From assembly GCF_009914755.1 (NCBI RefSeq), contig NC_060947.1: a stretch of 64,000 nucleotides of DNA; one strand, given 5' to 3'. A program made the translations under genes and the position numbers. The stretch's first letter is position 1. Each line of letters opens with the position of its first letter. The notes beneath the pieces were generated by a model. The model had not been told where the DNA came from, searched no databases, and saw only the letters and a program-made list of their open reading frames with translations. Source of the DNA: the human T2T-CHM13v2.0 reference genome, Homo sapiens. This document shows, one piece after another, positions 33,076 through 46,462 of this stretch.

Positions 33076-33258
33076 AAATGCTTTAGCGAGGTCAAAAAGG
33101 ATTTAAATAGTCAGCTTTTCTACCACGTTCAAAGCACTCTATTAGGTTGGGACAGAGTAGGCAGATCACTGTCTTCAAAAGTCTTTTCCTCTTCCATTCT
33201 CTTCAGTATTCCTTCCCTCCCCTGTTCACTGTCTATATGAAGTCAGGCAGTGGAGGAA

Positions 33259-33549
33259 TGTTCTGAGAATGCACCATTAGGCACTTCTGTTATTATGAGA
33301 ACATCATAGAGTGTACTTACACAAACCTAGATGATATAGCCTACTACATACCTAGGCTATATGGTATAGCCTATTGTTCCTAGGCTACACACATGTACAG
33401 TATGTAACTGTACCGAACACTGTAGGCAACCAACACAATGGTATGTGTGTATCTAAACATATTGTTTATATTGTGTTATAATCTTATGGAACAAGCATCA
33501 TATATGCCATCTGTCATTGACAGAAATGTCCTTATGTGGCAAATTACTA
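33259..33549 (+). mobile_element. Tigger3-family (MER7-type) Tc1/mariner relic
   Basis: AACATCATAGAGTGTACTTACACAAACCTAGATGATATAGCCTACTACATACCTAGGCTATATGGTATAGCC...TTGACAGAAATGTCCTTATGTGGC. Confidence 0.8.
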
Positions 33550-33907
33550 TAATTTATCAAAGTATATTCAATCTGAAAATCAAGTTAATGATACATAATT
33601 TTCATTTATTGCAAATTTGATTCCTGTTACAAATTGTATTCCAATTATATTGGAGTAGGCAGATCCAGGGTGGAATGTGCTTAAAATTAAGACTGGACTC
33701 AAAGTTAACAGCAGAGCAGCTGCTTCTAGTTTATAAGCTCCTGATTCAATTTTCTCCATCTTGTTTCATGACTTAGCTATTCTACCTTGTCTCACACATT
33801 TCAGATTTTGACTTTTTTATAACATTCAAAAATGTTATATATATTTTCAAGATGCATATAGTTAATTTCCTTATTCTCCTTATTTTAATTTCTCTTCTTT
33901 GCTTCAG

Positions 33908-34022
33908 GAGACATTAAGTACAATCTAAGTGGAAAGATGAGAACTGCTGCTGGCCAAGATTATAAAAATCGTTTAACAAGAGAAAAATGTGTCATTTGAT
34001 AAAAAACCTCAACCTGAAAAAC
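33908..34022 (+). pseudogene. Candidate 115-bp exon with strong splice sites and an apparent +1 frameshift
   Basis: TTTCTCTTCTTTGCTTCAG acceptor, AAC|GTAAGT donor; phase 1 DIKYNLSGKMRTAAGQDYKNRLTRE then TGA at 33997; removing one A from the A5 run (33983-33987) gives ENVSFDKKPQPEK. Confidence 0.45.
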
Positions 34023-34047
34023 GTAAGTGAAAAACAGCTGAATGTAA

Positions 34048-34167
34048 TGTGTGTGTGTGTGTGTGTGTATATACGTGTGTGACAGAGTATATACACATAC
34101 TCATACACACAGACAGATATATATATATATGTGTGTGTGTATATATATATATACATATATATATATA
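34048..34167. repeat. (TG)n/(TA)n compound microsatellite
   Basis: TG run followed by CA/TA/TG blocks. Confidence 0.92.
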
Positions 34168-34889
34168 TTCTTTTCCCTCCTGGAACCAAATATTGAGAAA
34201 AATTCATCTAAGTGAATGCCCATGGAAATACTGCTTTCCTCTCTTTCTTTTTGGTAGTCCATTTCTGATTCAATCTAAGGAGGAACCAGAGGATTATCTA
34301 AAGTCTAGAGCAATTCAAGATGCCTACTCCAAGAGACGTGAGGCAGTTCCCAGATTAACCTAGTATTTCAGTTTTATTTTGAGAGGAACTGGGGATTCAG
34401 TATGGATCAAAATCTCTGGGAGCATTCCAGACTACCTCAGAGCAGACTCAAATCCAACTTGCCTGTGGGGTGTAGATGGGTAGGAGTCAGATTTTTCTGA
34501 GTGTTAGTCACCAGTCCCTCTCCTTTAACTCTGAAAGCAAAACCTGAATGCAATCTGCAAAATCATACTCAAATTATTTCAAAGGTCCTTATCTCTCAGA
34601 AAGAGCATACATCTATGGGTTTGGCTAGTGCTCACAGTCAAATCACAGCTCTTTATATTTGTTTTCTCACCTCTAAAAAAGAAGGAAAAATTGGAATGTG
34701 AGCCATCTCTGTCTTGCAGGACTGTTTTAACTACTTAAAGGTAAAGTGCTTCAAATATCAAAATTGTAATACAAACTAGTAGATTATTATAGGGAAAGAT
34801 GCAAATTCTTTTTAGCATGAAGCACTAAAACAATGTGTACATTTTTCTGGATTTTTTTGTACATTTGAAACATATACCTCTTAAAGCAA

Positions 34890-36570
34890 GTTTTCTTTAA
34901 TTAAAAAAATTTTAACTGGACACATAATAATTACACATATTTATGGAGTACACAGTGATATTGTTATGCATATAATGTATATTAATCAGATCAGGGTAAT
35001 TAGCATATCCATCATATCAAACATTTATCATTTCTTTGTATTGAAAATTTTTGATATCCTCTTTTATCTATTTGAAACTATATATTGTTGTTAACTATAG
35101 TCATCCTACAGTGGTACAGAACACTGGAAATTAATCCTTCTATCTAGCTGTAATTTTGTATCCTTTAACAAATATTTCCCTATCCTCTCCTTTCCCCTAC
35201 CCTTCCCAATCCCTAATAACCATAATTCTTCTCTCTACTTTTATGAGGTCACCTTACTCTGCTCCCAAATATAAGTGAGAACATGCACTATCTATATTTC
35301 TATTCCTGGCTTATTTCATTAACATAATGTTCTCCAGTTACATCCATGTTGCCAGGAATGACAGGATTTCATTCTGTTTTATGGCTGAATAGTATTCCAT
35401 TGTGTATACATACCACATTTTCTTTATCCATTCATCTGTTGTTTGACACCTTGGTTGTTTCTATATCGTAGCTACCGTGAATAGTGCTTCAGTAAACATG
35501 GTGGTGCAGATACCTCTTTGATATCCTTTGATTTCTTTTCCTTGCATGGTAGTAGAATTGCTAAATCATATGTTAGTTCTATTTTTAGTTTTTTGAGGAA
35601 CTTCCATACTGTTTCTCCATAGTGGCTGCACTAATTTACATTTCCACCAACAGTGTGTAAGAATATCTTTTCTCCACCTCCTCACCAGCATTTGTTATTT
35701 TTTTTGTCTTATTGATAATATGCATCTTAACCAGGGTGAGAGGATACCTCATTGTGGTTTTGATATCAATTTCCCTGATGATTAGTGATGTTGAGCATTT
35801 TTTCATGTATTTGTTGGCCATTTGTATGTCTTCTTTTCAAAAATATCTGTTTAGACCAACTGACCATTTTTAAATTGGACTGCTTGTTTTTTGTTGAGAT
35901 GCTTGAGTTCCTTGTGCATTTTGGATATTAATCTCTTGTTAGATGAATACTTTGCAAATATTTCTCCTATTCTTCATGTTGTTTTTATTCTATTGATTGT
36001 TTCCTTTGCTGTGCAGAAGGTTTTCAGTTTGATCCCATTTGTTTATTTTTGCTTCTGTTGCATATGCTTTTGAGGTCGTAATCATAAAGTCTTTTCCCAG
36101 ATCAATGTCTTGAAGGATTTCCCTTATTTTTTTAACTAGTATTTTTATAGTTTCGGGTTCTATATTTAGGTCTCTCTTCCATTTTGAGTTGATTTTTGTA
36201 TAGGTTGAGAGGTGAGGATCTACTTCCATTCTTGTGTATATGAATATCCAGTTTCCCCAACACCTTCATTGAAGAGACTGTCCTTTCCCCAATGTTCTCG
36301 GTGCCTTTGTCAAAAATCAGTTGGTTGTAGATATATGGATTAATTTCTGGGCTCTCTTTTCTATACCATTGGCCTATGTATCTGTGTTTATACTTGTACT
36401 ATGCTCTTCTGGTTACTAAGGCTTTGTAGTATATTTTGAATTTGGTAGTATGATACCTGAAAGCTCTGTTCTTTTTGCTCAGAACTGCTTTGGCTACTTG
36501 GGGTCTTTTGTGCCACCATACAAATTATAAGATATAAAAAAATTATGTGAAGAATGTCATGAGTATTTTG
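34890..36570 (-). mobile_element. L1MA (MA5-7-like) 3'UTR and ORF2 C-terminus, outer element
   Basis: ACATAATAATTACACATATTTATGGAGTACA...CAGATCAGGGTAATTAGCATATCCATCA; minus-strand ORF2 fragments ([25 protein letters not shown]). Confidence 0.85.
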
Positions 36571-39500
36571 TTTTTTGTTTAGTTTTCCTTTTTTAAAGGA
36601 AGTTTTGTGGCACACAGTAGGAGTGTATATTTATGGAGTACAATAGATATTTTGATACAGGCACACAATGCATAATAATCACAACAGAATAAATCAGGTT
36701 ATCCATCACCTCAATTATTGATCCTTTCTCTGTGATAAACAATCCAATTATATCTTTTTGTTATTTAAAAATATCCGATAAGTTATTGTTGACTGTAGCC
36801 ATCCTGCTATGCTATCAAATACTAGATCTTATTCATTCTATCTAAGTATATTTTTAAATTCATTGGTCATCTCCTCTTTCCCCACCCCACTACCTTTCCC
36901 AGGCTCCAGTAACCGTCATTCTGCTCTCTATCATCATGAGTTCAGCTATTTTAATTTTTAGCTTTCACAAATAAGTGAGAACATGTGAAGTTTGTCTTTC
37001 TGTTCCTGGCTTATTTCACTTAATGCCCTTCAGTTCCATCTATATTGTTGCAGATGACAGTATCTCATTCTTTTTATGGCTGAATAGTTTTCCATTGAGT
37101 ATAGGTGCCACATTTAATTTCTCCATTCATCTGCTGATGGACACTTAGGTTGCATCCAAACCTATAAGGTTTCCACCGAAAAGTCTGCTACTTTTAGGAT
37201 CTTTTATTTTTACTTGACCTTTAGGGGCTTGATCACTATGTTTCTTGGGATAGCCTTATTTTGAGTTAAATCTTGGTATGCTATGGTCTTCTTGTACTTG
37301 AATATTGATATCTTTCTCTAGGTTTGGGAAGTTCTTTGTTATTATCCTTTTGAATAAACTTTCTACCCCTATCTCTCTCTCTACCTCCTCTTTAAGGCTA
37401 GTAACTCTTAGATTTGTCCTTTTGAGACTATTTTCTAGATGTGTAGGTGTGCTTCATTCTTTTCTATTCATTTTTTATCTCCTCTGACTACATATTTTCA
37501 AATAGTCTGTATTCAAGCTCAATTCTTTTTTTGCTGAATCAATTCTGAAGTTAAGAGACTCTGATGCATTCTTCAGTGTGTCAATTGCATTTTTCAGATC
37601 CAGAATGTCTGTTTGATTCTTTTAAATTATTTCGATCACTTTGTTCATCTTATCTGATAGGAATATGAATTCCATCTCTGTGTTATTTTGAATTTCTTTG
37701 TGTTTCCTCAACATGGATATTTTGAATTCTCTGTCTGAAAGGTGACGTATTTCTAACTTCCCATAATTGGTCACTGGTGCCTTATGTAGTTCATCTGGTG
37801 AAGTCTTGTTTACCTGAATGGTCTCTGCATGTGTATGTTTGTTGGTGTCTGGGTATTGAAAAGTTAGGTATTTATTGCAATATTCACAGTCTGGGCTTGT
37901 TTGTACCCATCCTTTTTGGCAAGATTTTCCAGGTATTTGAAGGGACTTAGATGTTTTGATCTAAGCCTTTGGTCACTGCACCTATATCTGCATTAGGGGT
38001 CAGCCCAAGCCCATAACATTGTGGATCTTGCAGCCCCATAGTGGTACCACCTTGTTGGTCTTGGGTAAAATCCAGGAGATTTCCCTGGATTACCAGGCAG
38101 ACACTCTTTTCTCTCTCCTCTTACATTTCCCTCAGTCTCTCTCTGTGTGTGGAACTGCCTGGAGCTAGGGGACGGGTGACACAAGCACCCCTGTGGCCAC
38201 CATCACTGGTAATCTGCAGGGTCAGACCTGAAGCCAACACTGTATTTCACTCAAGGCTCATGGTGACCACCACCTGGCAAGTGCGTATTTTCACTCAGGT
38301 ACCTACGGCTCTACAATTAGCAGGTGGCGAAGCCAGCCAGCTTGTGTCCTTACCTTCAGGAGAGTGAGTTCTCCCTGGCCCCTGTGGGTCCAGAGATGCC
38401 ATCCAATAGCCAGGGCCTGAGGTAGGGAATCTTAGGAATCTACCTGGTGATCTATTCTACTGTAGCTGATATGCCACCCAAGCCACAAGACAAAGTCCTT
38501 CCTACATTCCCTCACTTTTCCTCAAGCAGAGCAGTCTCTCCCTATGGCTATCACTACCCCAGGCCTGTGGCAAGCACTGCCTGGCTACCACTGATGTTCC
38601 CTCAAGTCTTAAGGGCTCTTCAGTCAGCTTTTAGTAAACGCTGTCAGGCCTGAGTCTTTCCCTTTATGGTAATGGGCTCCCTTCTGGTCCAGGGCAGGAC
38701 CAGAAATTCTATCCAGGAGCCAAGGTCTTGAATCATGGATGCCAGGAGCCCACTTGGTGCTCTACCCCCCTGTGGCCAAAGTGGTACCTAAGTTGCAAGA
38801 CAAAGTCCCCTTTACTCTTCCCTCTCCTCTCCTCAAGCAGGAATCTCTTCTCATGACCATCACAGCTGGGCATGTGCTGGGTCACACCTGAAGCTAGCCT
38901 AGTTCTGGGTCTCACCCAAGGCCCACGGCGAGTACCACCTGGTTACCACTGCTGGTTAAAAGGATTCTTTAGTTAGCAGGTGATAAATTCTGCCAGGACT
39001 GGGTCCTTTCCTTCAAGGCAGCAGTTTCACTTCTGGCCCTGGGCATGCCTGGAAATGTCATCCCAGAGCTGGGGCTTGAAATGGGGGCCCCTCAGGACTC
39101 TGCCTGGTGCCCTTAATCTACTGAGGCTGAGCTGGTATCCAAGTTGCAAGACAAAGTCCTCTTTACTCTACCCTGTCCTCTCCACTCTACCCTGTCCTCT
39201 CCTCAAGCAGAAGGAAGGAGTCTCTCTCAGACCTGTGCACTGAGCTGCCTGGTGTTGGGGAAGGGGTGATGCAAACACTCCCTTGGCTGCCCCAGCTGTT
39301 GTCTCACTAGGACATGTGCACCCCAAGTCTAAAGGCTCCAAGCCCAGCCTAGCACCAGGATTTGACCAGCAATTTCAGTCCTTTTGGCCTAGACTGCCTT
39401 TCAAGTTTATTTAGGCCCCCAGAGCACTTTGGCACATGGTGGTATGGCTTGCTGGAACTCAGGCTTTTACGTGACTGGGATGGACAATTCACCTCTGTCT

Positions 39501-39858
39501 AGGGCTGGTCTAAATGCTCCCTCTGTGGACACAGTGGTGCTTTCTGCTGTGACAGTGCAATACTAAATTTCAATAGGAAGTCCCACAGTCACTGTGGTCT
39601 CTTTCCCCTAAGTACACAGATTTTCTTTCTTCAGCATATGGTAGCTGCTGCAGGAATCCTGGATGGGTGGTGTAGGTTATTCAAGACTGTCCTTCTTACC
39701 CTCTTTAGTGCCTCTTTCCTTAATATGATGTTAAAACCAGGTAGTGTGATTGTTCACCTGATTTCTGGGTGTTATGAAGGTGCTTTTTGTGTTTGTGGAT
39801 AGTTGTTCAATTTGGTGTTCTGGTGTGTATCTATTCAGCCATCTTGCTCCACCTTTTT
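36571..39858 (-). mobile_element. L1MA (MA2-4-like) with both termini but most of ORF2 missing, nested in the outer L1MA
   Basis: 3'UTR 36571-37162 joins directly to ORF1 (ADFSVETL), then a long 5'UTR ending ...CTATTCAGCCATCTTGCTCCACC. Confidence 0.8.
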
Positions 39859-40866
39859 CTGTCACATGTAGTTTGATATAGATTGCTTTGATTATATAGA
39901 TTTTCTTGGGTAATATGGTCATTTTAACAATAGTAAGTTTTCTCATCCATGGGCATGGGCTATTTTTCCATTTGTTTGTATCCTCTTCAGTTTCTTTCAT
40001 CAGCGTTTTGTAGTTTTGATTTATTCCTAAATATTTTTTGTAACTATTGTAAATGGGACTGAATTGATTTCTTTTTCAGATAGTTCATTGTTTGTGAACA
40101 GAAACATTAATAATTTTTTGAGTTTTGATTTTGGATACTGCTACTTTACTGTATAATTTTACTCATTCTAACATTTTTTGGTGTATTCTTTAGGTTTCTC
40201 TCTATATAAAAGACCATGTCATCTGCAAATAGGGACTTTCCAATTTGGATGCCCTTTATTTATTTTTTTCTCTTGCCTAAAATTGCTCTGGTTAGAACTT
40301 CCAGTATTATGTAGAGTAAGAGTGGTGAGAGTGGGCATCCTTACCTTGTTCTAGTTCTTAGAGAAAAATATTTCAGTTTTTCACCATTCTGAGCAGTGTG
40401 TTTATCATATATAACCTTTATTGTGTTGAGGTACTTTCCTTCTATAACCAATTTATTGAGAGTTTTTGTCACAAAAGGATGTTGATCTTTATCAAATGCC
40501 TTTTCTGCAGCTATTGAGATGATCGTATGGTTTTTGTCCTTAATTCTGTTAATGTAATATATCACATTTATTGATTTCCGTATCTTGAACCATCCTCACA
40601 CTCCTGGGATAAATTCCATTTGATCATGGTGTATTACCTTTTTGATATGTTGTTGGTTTTCATTTGTTAGTATTTTCTTGAGGACTTTTGCATCTATGTT
40701 CATCAGAAATATTGGCCTGTAGTTTTGTTGTTATTGTTGTTGTGTCCTTGTCTGGTTTGGTATCAGAGTTATGCTGGCCTTGTTAAATCAGTTAGGAAGA
40801 GTTCTTGCCTTTTAAAAAATGTTTGGGGAATAGTTTGAGAAGAATTTTCATTAATTTCTCTTTAAT
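39859..40866 (-). mobile_element. Outer L1MA ORF2 continuation
   Basis: Minus-strand [12 protein letters not shown] and [15 protein letters not shown]; resumes where 36570 stopped. Confidence 0.82.
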
Positions 40867-41397
40867 GTTTTTTTTTTAAGTTCTAAACCTTTTAAATTCT
40901 CCTAGAAGCCTCTCATCCCTCCTCTATAATTGTAAAAAGGAAACAAATTAGCACAGAAGTCAAAAAGTTTCTAATTGTTCATCTAAAAATTACTATGATT
41001 CTGTGAAATTATCGGGTACATTTTTAGCATATTCTACCATTCATTATCTCTTTGCAAATAAATTTTTACCTTCCTTGCATGCAAAGAAATGCTGTACATA
41101 AAAAGATAATTGGCCATAGCATACAAATGAAAATTCAAAAAATATATGTTAGCTGGGTGGAAATATGTTACCCTGTTTCTTTCTACTTTCCATGAAAATA
41201 ATTAACTGCTAACTTTCAAGCTAATATGGGGTTTAAGGGTCCTTTTAGATATGAATGAGTGAGGTGAGATGTGCAGACATGTGGGGACTTAAAAAAGTTG
41301 GGAAGAGGTGTGTGGTGTGTATGTGTGTTAAGTTATGGTAAGAAGTAAAAATAAACCTATAAAAGGAAATCTCTAGATAAAAATAATTGTAATATCA

Positions 41398-41606
<209 letters not shown>

Positions 41607-42127
41607 TTGCATACCCAAAACTATACTTTTGAAAAAAGAGATCTAAAATATTTGCAAAAAATATCTTCATTACTTTTCTATGTGGATTGCAAATTTCTTA
41701 ACAATCAGGATACATTCATCTTGATATTTCTTCATACTTGTATGAGTGCTATGCACCTTGTGAATGCTCAATTAATATTATTGAATGTTGATAAAGAGCA
41801 ATAGTATCTAGTAAACAGTGCTTCTTTTCCCTTCTCACTTCTAGTTCTCATACTGAATTAAAGACAAAGCATTATCTACATTGATATGTGGCTGCCAAAT
41901 TGGCCACAATATTCTTGGATTTTGTATTTCAGTGAATAAAGTAAATTTTTGATCACAGAATTAGCTCACCCATACAGAAGTATAATTTAGCCATTAAAGT
42001 GATCAACTGATACTAAATTCTTTCATGCTGCAGATTTTTAGTTATATATGCCAAACACAGGAACTGTGAAGTTTTGTTTGTTAAATTTGCTGGAATGTTC
42101 TCTTAAAATTTTCTTCTACCCCTGGTT

Positions 42128-42270
42128 ATTTTATTTTTGTTTTAAGAGATGGGTTTCTCACTATGTTGCCATAGCAACAGTCAAACTCCTGGGCTCAATT
42201 GATCCTCCTACCTCATCCTCCCCAGTAGCTGAGACTACAGGTATGTGCCACTGTGCCATGCTATCCCTGG
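42128..42270 (-). mobile_element. FLAM (Alu left monomer)
   Basis: GAGATGGGTTTCTCACTATGTTGCC...AAACTCCTGGGCTCAA...GTAGCTGAGACTACAGG. Confidence 0.82.
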
Positions 42271-43736
42271 TTCTATGAGCATGACTCCCAAAAAACTTGT
42301 TGTAGAGAAAGTCCCTGTTTGAAGCAGACAAAATTTTGATGCGGCAATATGGTTGTATCAAAAAGTCTACATCCGTGTTCCAGCATTGTAACGTGGTGAA
42401 TTCTGGGTATGTGTGGAACAGTTTTGGGCTTCCCCACAGTTAAAGACTTAAACGTAATCACATAAGATTTCCTAACAGCTACGTGGCATCCCAAAAGGTA
42501 GCTACTTTGTGAATCTACTATTTTAAAACCTCCCCTCTCAGATAAAAATTCTCTGTGAAATTTATGCTAATATCCACTTGAATAATATATGGAGTTTTCA
42601 GAATCAGGCATAGCAAGACATCTGTAACACAAGACTATGAATACAACTTGGCAAGATTTGATATTCAATTGGTATTCATTGCTCTAATATGGATATTTCA
42701 CAATTGGAGCGAGACAACTGCTATCAATACAGCATGGTCAGAATGGCTAATAGGAGCATTCAATAAGTAAATGCACAGAAAAGAAACTTCTTGTCTCTTC
42801 TTTAATCATTTCTTTGCTAGTTAGTTCTAATTTATTCCAATACCAATCTATTACTAAATTGAAAAATGATTGCCAAGCTCCTTTTTAGAAATATAAAAGC
42901 TTAAAAGTTTGAGCATTAATTCATGCTTAAACATATTCTTTTATAATGTACTTTCTCAGTCTGTACAGTTATTGCAGTTTGATATTTAATGAAATTATTT
43001 CAAAGTGTATTTATTGAATTTATGGTTATAACACAGCTACATTTGACCCATACTGCCTACATTTGTTATAATAAGCTAAGGACAAAATAATGTAGGCTAT
43101 AGGATACACACAATTTGAAAAACTAGAAATAAAAATCAGTATATCAAAAACGTTTTTCCTCTAATAAAATTAGAAAGTTTTATTCTAATAAATAATGTCC
43201 TTATCCAATAGGATCTATCCTGTTTGAATAAGATAAAGTCAATCATCTGACATAAAAATAAAATAGCAATAGTAATAGTGCTAGAATCTCATGATTATCT
43301 ACAGATGGTTAATCCACACACTTTGGCATCTAACTCAGCTAGATAAAGGCTATGGTCCTATTTTTCAAGGAACTCAATCTCACTTTCTTTTTTCCCACTA
43401 ATAGGCAAAATAACTGTGTTAAGATTAATCACTGGCAAATGTGCTATCAACAAACTATCAACATCGAAGGCAGAATATCTTAGATAATACCCACTAAAAG
43501 ATATACTAGATGTTAAAACAACTATTCTTCTACTTAATAAAATAGGACTTATTCAGCTAGCAGTTTTACTTGTGTTGTCACCAGACCTGTCAATCATTCA
43601 AAAGATAAGGAAATACACAGTTCTATAAAATAACGAGGCCAATTCTTATAAGGTAAACAAAAAATTAGCCTCATTATGTTATTATCACAGTCCTATTGTG
43701 ACTATGGTAAAGAGTTGATGCAAATAGTGTTATAAC

Positions 43737-44081
43737 AAAAAAGGATGAGTTCATGTCCTTTGCAGGGACATGGATGAAACTGGAAACCATCATTCTCAGC
43801 AAACTACAGCAAGGACAGAAAACCAAACACCGCATGCTCTCACTCATAGGTGGGAATTGAACAATGAGAACACTTGGACACAGGATGGGGAACATCAGAC
43901 ACCGTGGGGCCTGTCGTGGTGTAGGGGGAGGGGGGAGGGATAGCATTAGGAGATATACCTAATGTAAACGATGAGTTAACGGGTGCAGCACACCAACATG
44001 GCACATGTATACATATGTAACAAACCTGCATGTTGTGCACAAGTACCCTAGAACTTAAAGTATAATAATAATAATAAAAAA
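43737..44081 (+). mobile_element. Short 5'-truncated L1PA (PA4-6-like) 3' end
   Basis: GGATGAGTTCATGTCCTTTGCAGGG...CCCTAGAACTTAAAGTATAATAAT. Confidence 0.93.
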
Positions 44082-44179
44082 TGATACCCATTATTTATGC
44101 AATTGTGTAATATCATGCATTCTAGAAGGCAATACTTCTACACACATAATATTTAAATCATTCTGACATTATTTTCTCA

Positions 44180-44406
44180 AAGTTTTATTTCATTTTAAAT
44201 TGACACATAATAATTGTGCATATTTATTGGATACATTTTGATATTTTGATACATGTATACACTGTATATGATCAAATCAGGGTACTTAGCTTATCCATCA
44301 CATCAAACTATTATCATTTCTTTTTTTTCCTTGTTCCCACACTACACAGATGTAACAATGATCATTTCTTTGTGATGAGAACATTCAAAATCCTCTTTTC
44401 TAGCTA
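44180..44406 (-). mobile_element. L1MA 3' terminal fragment
   Basis: TTGACACATAATAATTGTGCATATTTATTGG...ATCAAATCAGGGTACTTAGC. Confidence 0.75.
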
Positions 44407-44842
44407 CAGTTGACCCTTGAACAATGTGGGGGTTAGGAGCACTGACACCATGTGCAATAGAAAATCCGTGTATAACTTTTGATTCCTCAAAAACTTAACT
44501 ACTAATAGCTTACTGTTGACTAGAAGCCTTACTGATAACATAAACAGTTGATTAACACATATTCCATGTTATATGTATTATATACTGTATTCTTACAGTA
44601 AACTAAGCTAGAGAAAAAATGTTATTAAGAACATCATAAGGAAGATAAAATGTATTTACTATTCATTAAGTGGAAATGGATCATCATAAAGGTCTTCATC
44701 TTTGTTGTCTTCATGTTGAGTAGGCTGAGGAGGAGGAAGAAAAAAGGTTGGTCTTGCTGTCTCAGAGATGGCAGAGGTGGAAGAAAATCTGTGTAAAAGT
44801 GGACATGCACAGTTCAAACCTGCATTGTTCAAGGTTCAACTG
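44407..44842 (+). mobile_element. Tigger2a (MER28-type) with TIRs and TA target duplication
   Basis: TA|CAGTTGACCCTTGAACAATG ... CATTGTTCAAGGTTCAACTG|TA. Confidence 0.88.
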
Positions 44843-44879
44843 TATATTTACTATAAATACTTAACAGTGTAATCCACTG

Positions 44880-45780
44880 AAACCTAATCTGTCTCAGTAA
44901 AAGAGACCATTACTCACCCAAGTTATACAAGACAGAAACATAGACTTGATCCTTGAGTATTCTCTGTTCCTCACTTGGTGTATCAATTATCACATCCCAT
45001 CTGTTAGCTCTTCATATTTCTTAAATCCATCAATTGTCTCCATCTCTATGGCTACTGTCATAGTTCAACCACCCTTCATCTTTTACCTTGTCTGTTACCA
45101 TAGCCTTTTAGGTGGACTATAAGTTTCTATTTTTGCCCTGTCTCAACTTTCACCATTCATTCTCCATGGTGGATCCAGCATGACCTTTCCAAAACATAAA
45201 TATAATCTTGTTACTTCCATAAGTAAAAGCTTTTTAACTGTGCTCAGTAACCTACAGGATGAAAACTCTATTTTTTGGCATGTCTCATAAAGCCTTTCCT
45301 GGTTGCCCCCTGCCTTCTTTGCCAACCTCATTTTCCATGCCTTCTCTTCCCCTCCATTGTCCTGTATTCTAACCATTTCAAGGTACTTGGAGTTCCACAA
45401 ACACTACCTACATTTTCACACTTTCCACATTTTACACATGTTCTTTTTTCTGGCTTTATGTCCTCACTTTTCTTTGTCCCCTACTCCCACATACCTGAAA
45501 AACTCATACTTGTTCTTCCAAGCTTACATTAAAAAAACACATTCTTTGTAGAATATTTCACTGATGAAGTCAAGCAGTCATTTGTTTTGTCCACCTGCTT
45601 CCACAGCACCTCATATATACTCCCCCCATAGTGCATACTACATTGAATTATAAAAATATGTCAATCCATATTCCGCATTAGTTTTTGAGCTATTTAAAGG
45701 CAGAAACTGTGTCATATTCTTTTTTTATCCCTAGTATTTAGCAGACTGCCTAGTACCTAATAAGGTATCAAAAATCATAC
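44880..45780 (+). mobile_element. L2 3' region
   Basis: Pyrimidine-rich L2 body ending GAGCTATTTAAAGGCAGAAACTGTGTC...CCTAGTATTTAGCAGACTGCCTAGTACCTAATAAGG. Confidence 0.7.
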
Positions 45781-46462
45781 ATTATTTGACTACTTAGAGA
45801 TGACATTTGGTAAATGAATTACAGATAATATACTAGAAATAAAACATTTATATGTATTTTAAAAATCACATACAGAAGTTTTAATCTTAAGTGTTTAACT
45901 TCACTCTACTCTACTCTTGATTCTTGCACTCTAAAAGTGGAAAAATCAAAGCTAGAAATACTACAACAGTTTTAGTTAAATGAAAGTTGTGGTTGTGTCT
46001 ATAATGGGAGTTAAGTACTTTTACGATATGCAAATGTCAGGGAATAATGGTACTATATATTCCATATCATTCATTCAACAGATATTGATTACCTAATTGA
46101 TTCCTGTTACTGTACAAATTGCTAGAGATAAAACATATATGATTATATCACAGTACTCAAACTCACAGTCTAATGGGGAGGAAAAATGATGATGGTACAA
46201 TGTGTTTAATACTGTAAGAGGGTAACTCACAAGATTCTATGTGAATTCATACATGCCTAACCCAGGAAATGTTAAGGAAGGCTTTTCAAATATAAGTAGC
46301 AGCTACCCAGGCGAAGAAGAAGGATAGATAATCCAGGCAATGGCAAGAGTCTGAAAAGCCATTAAAGTGAGTGCAAGTGTGTCTTATTTGAAGAGCTGCC
46401 CACTATATACATTCATGTTTCAACATATCTAGAGCATAGGGGGCACAGTCCAGTCAAATACT

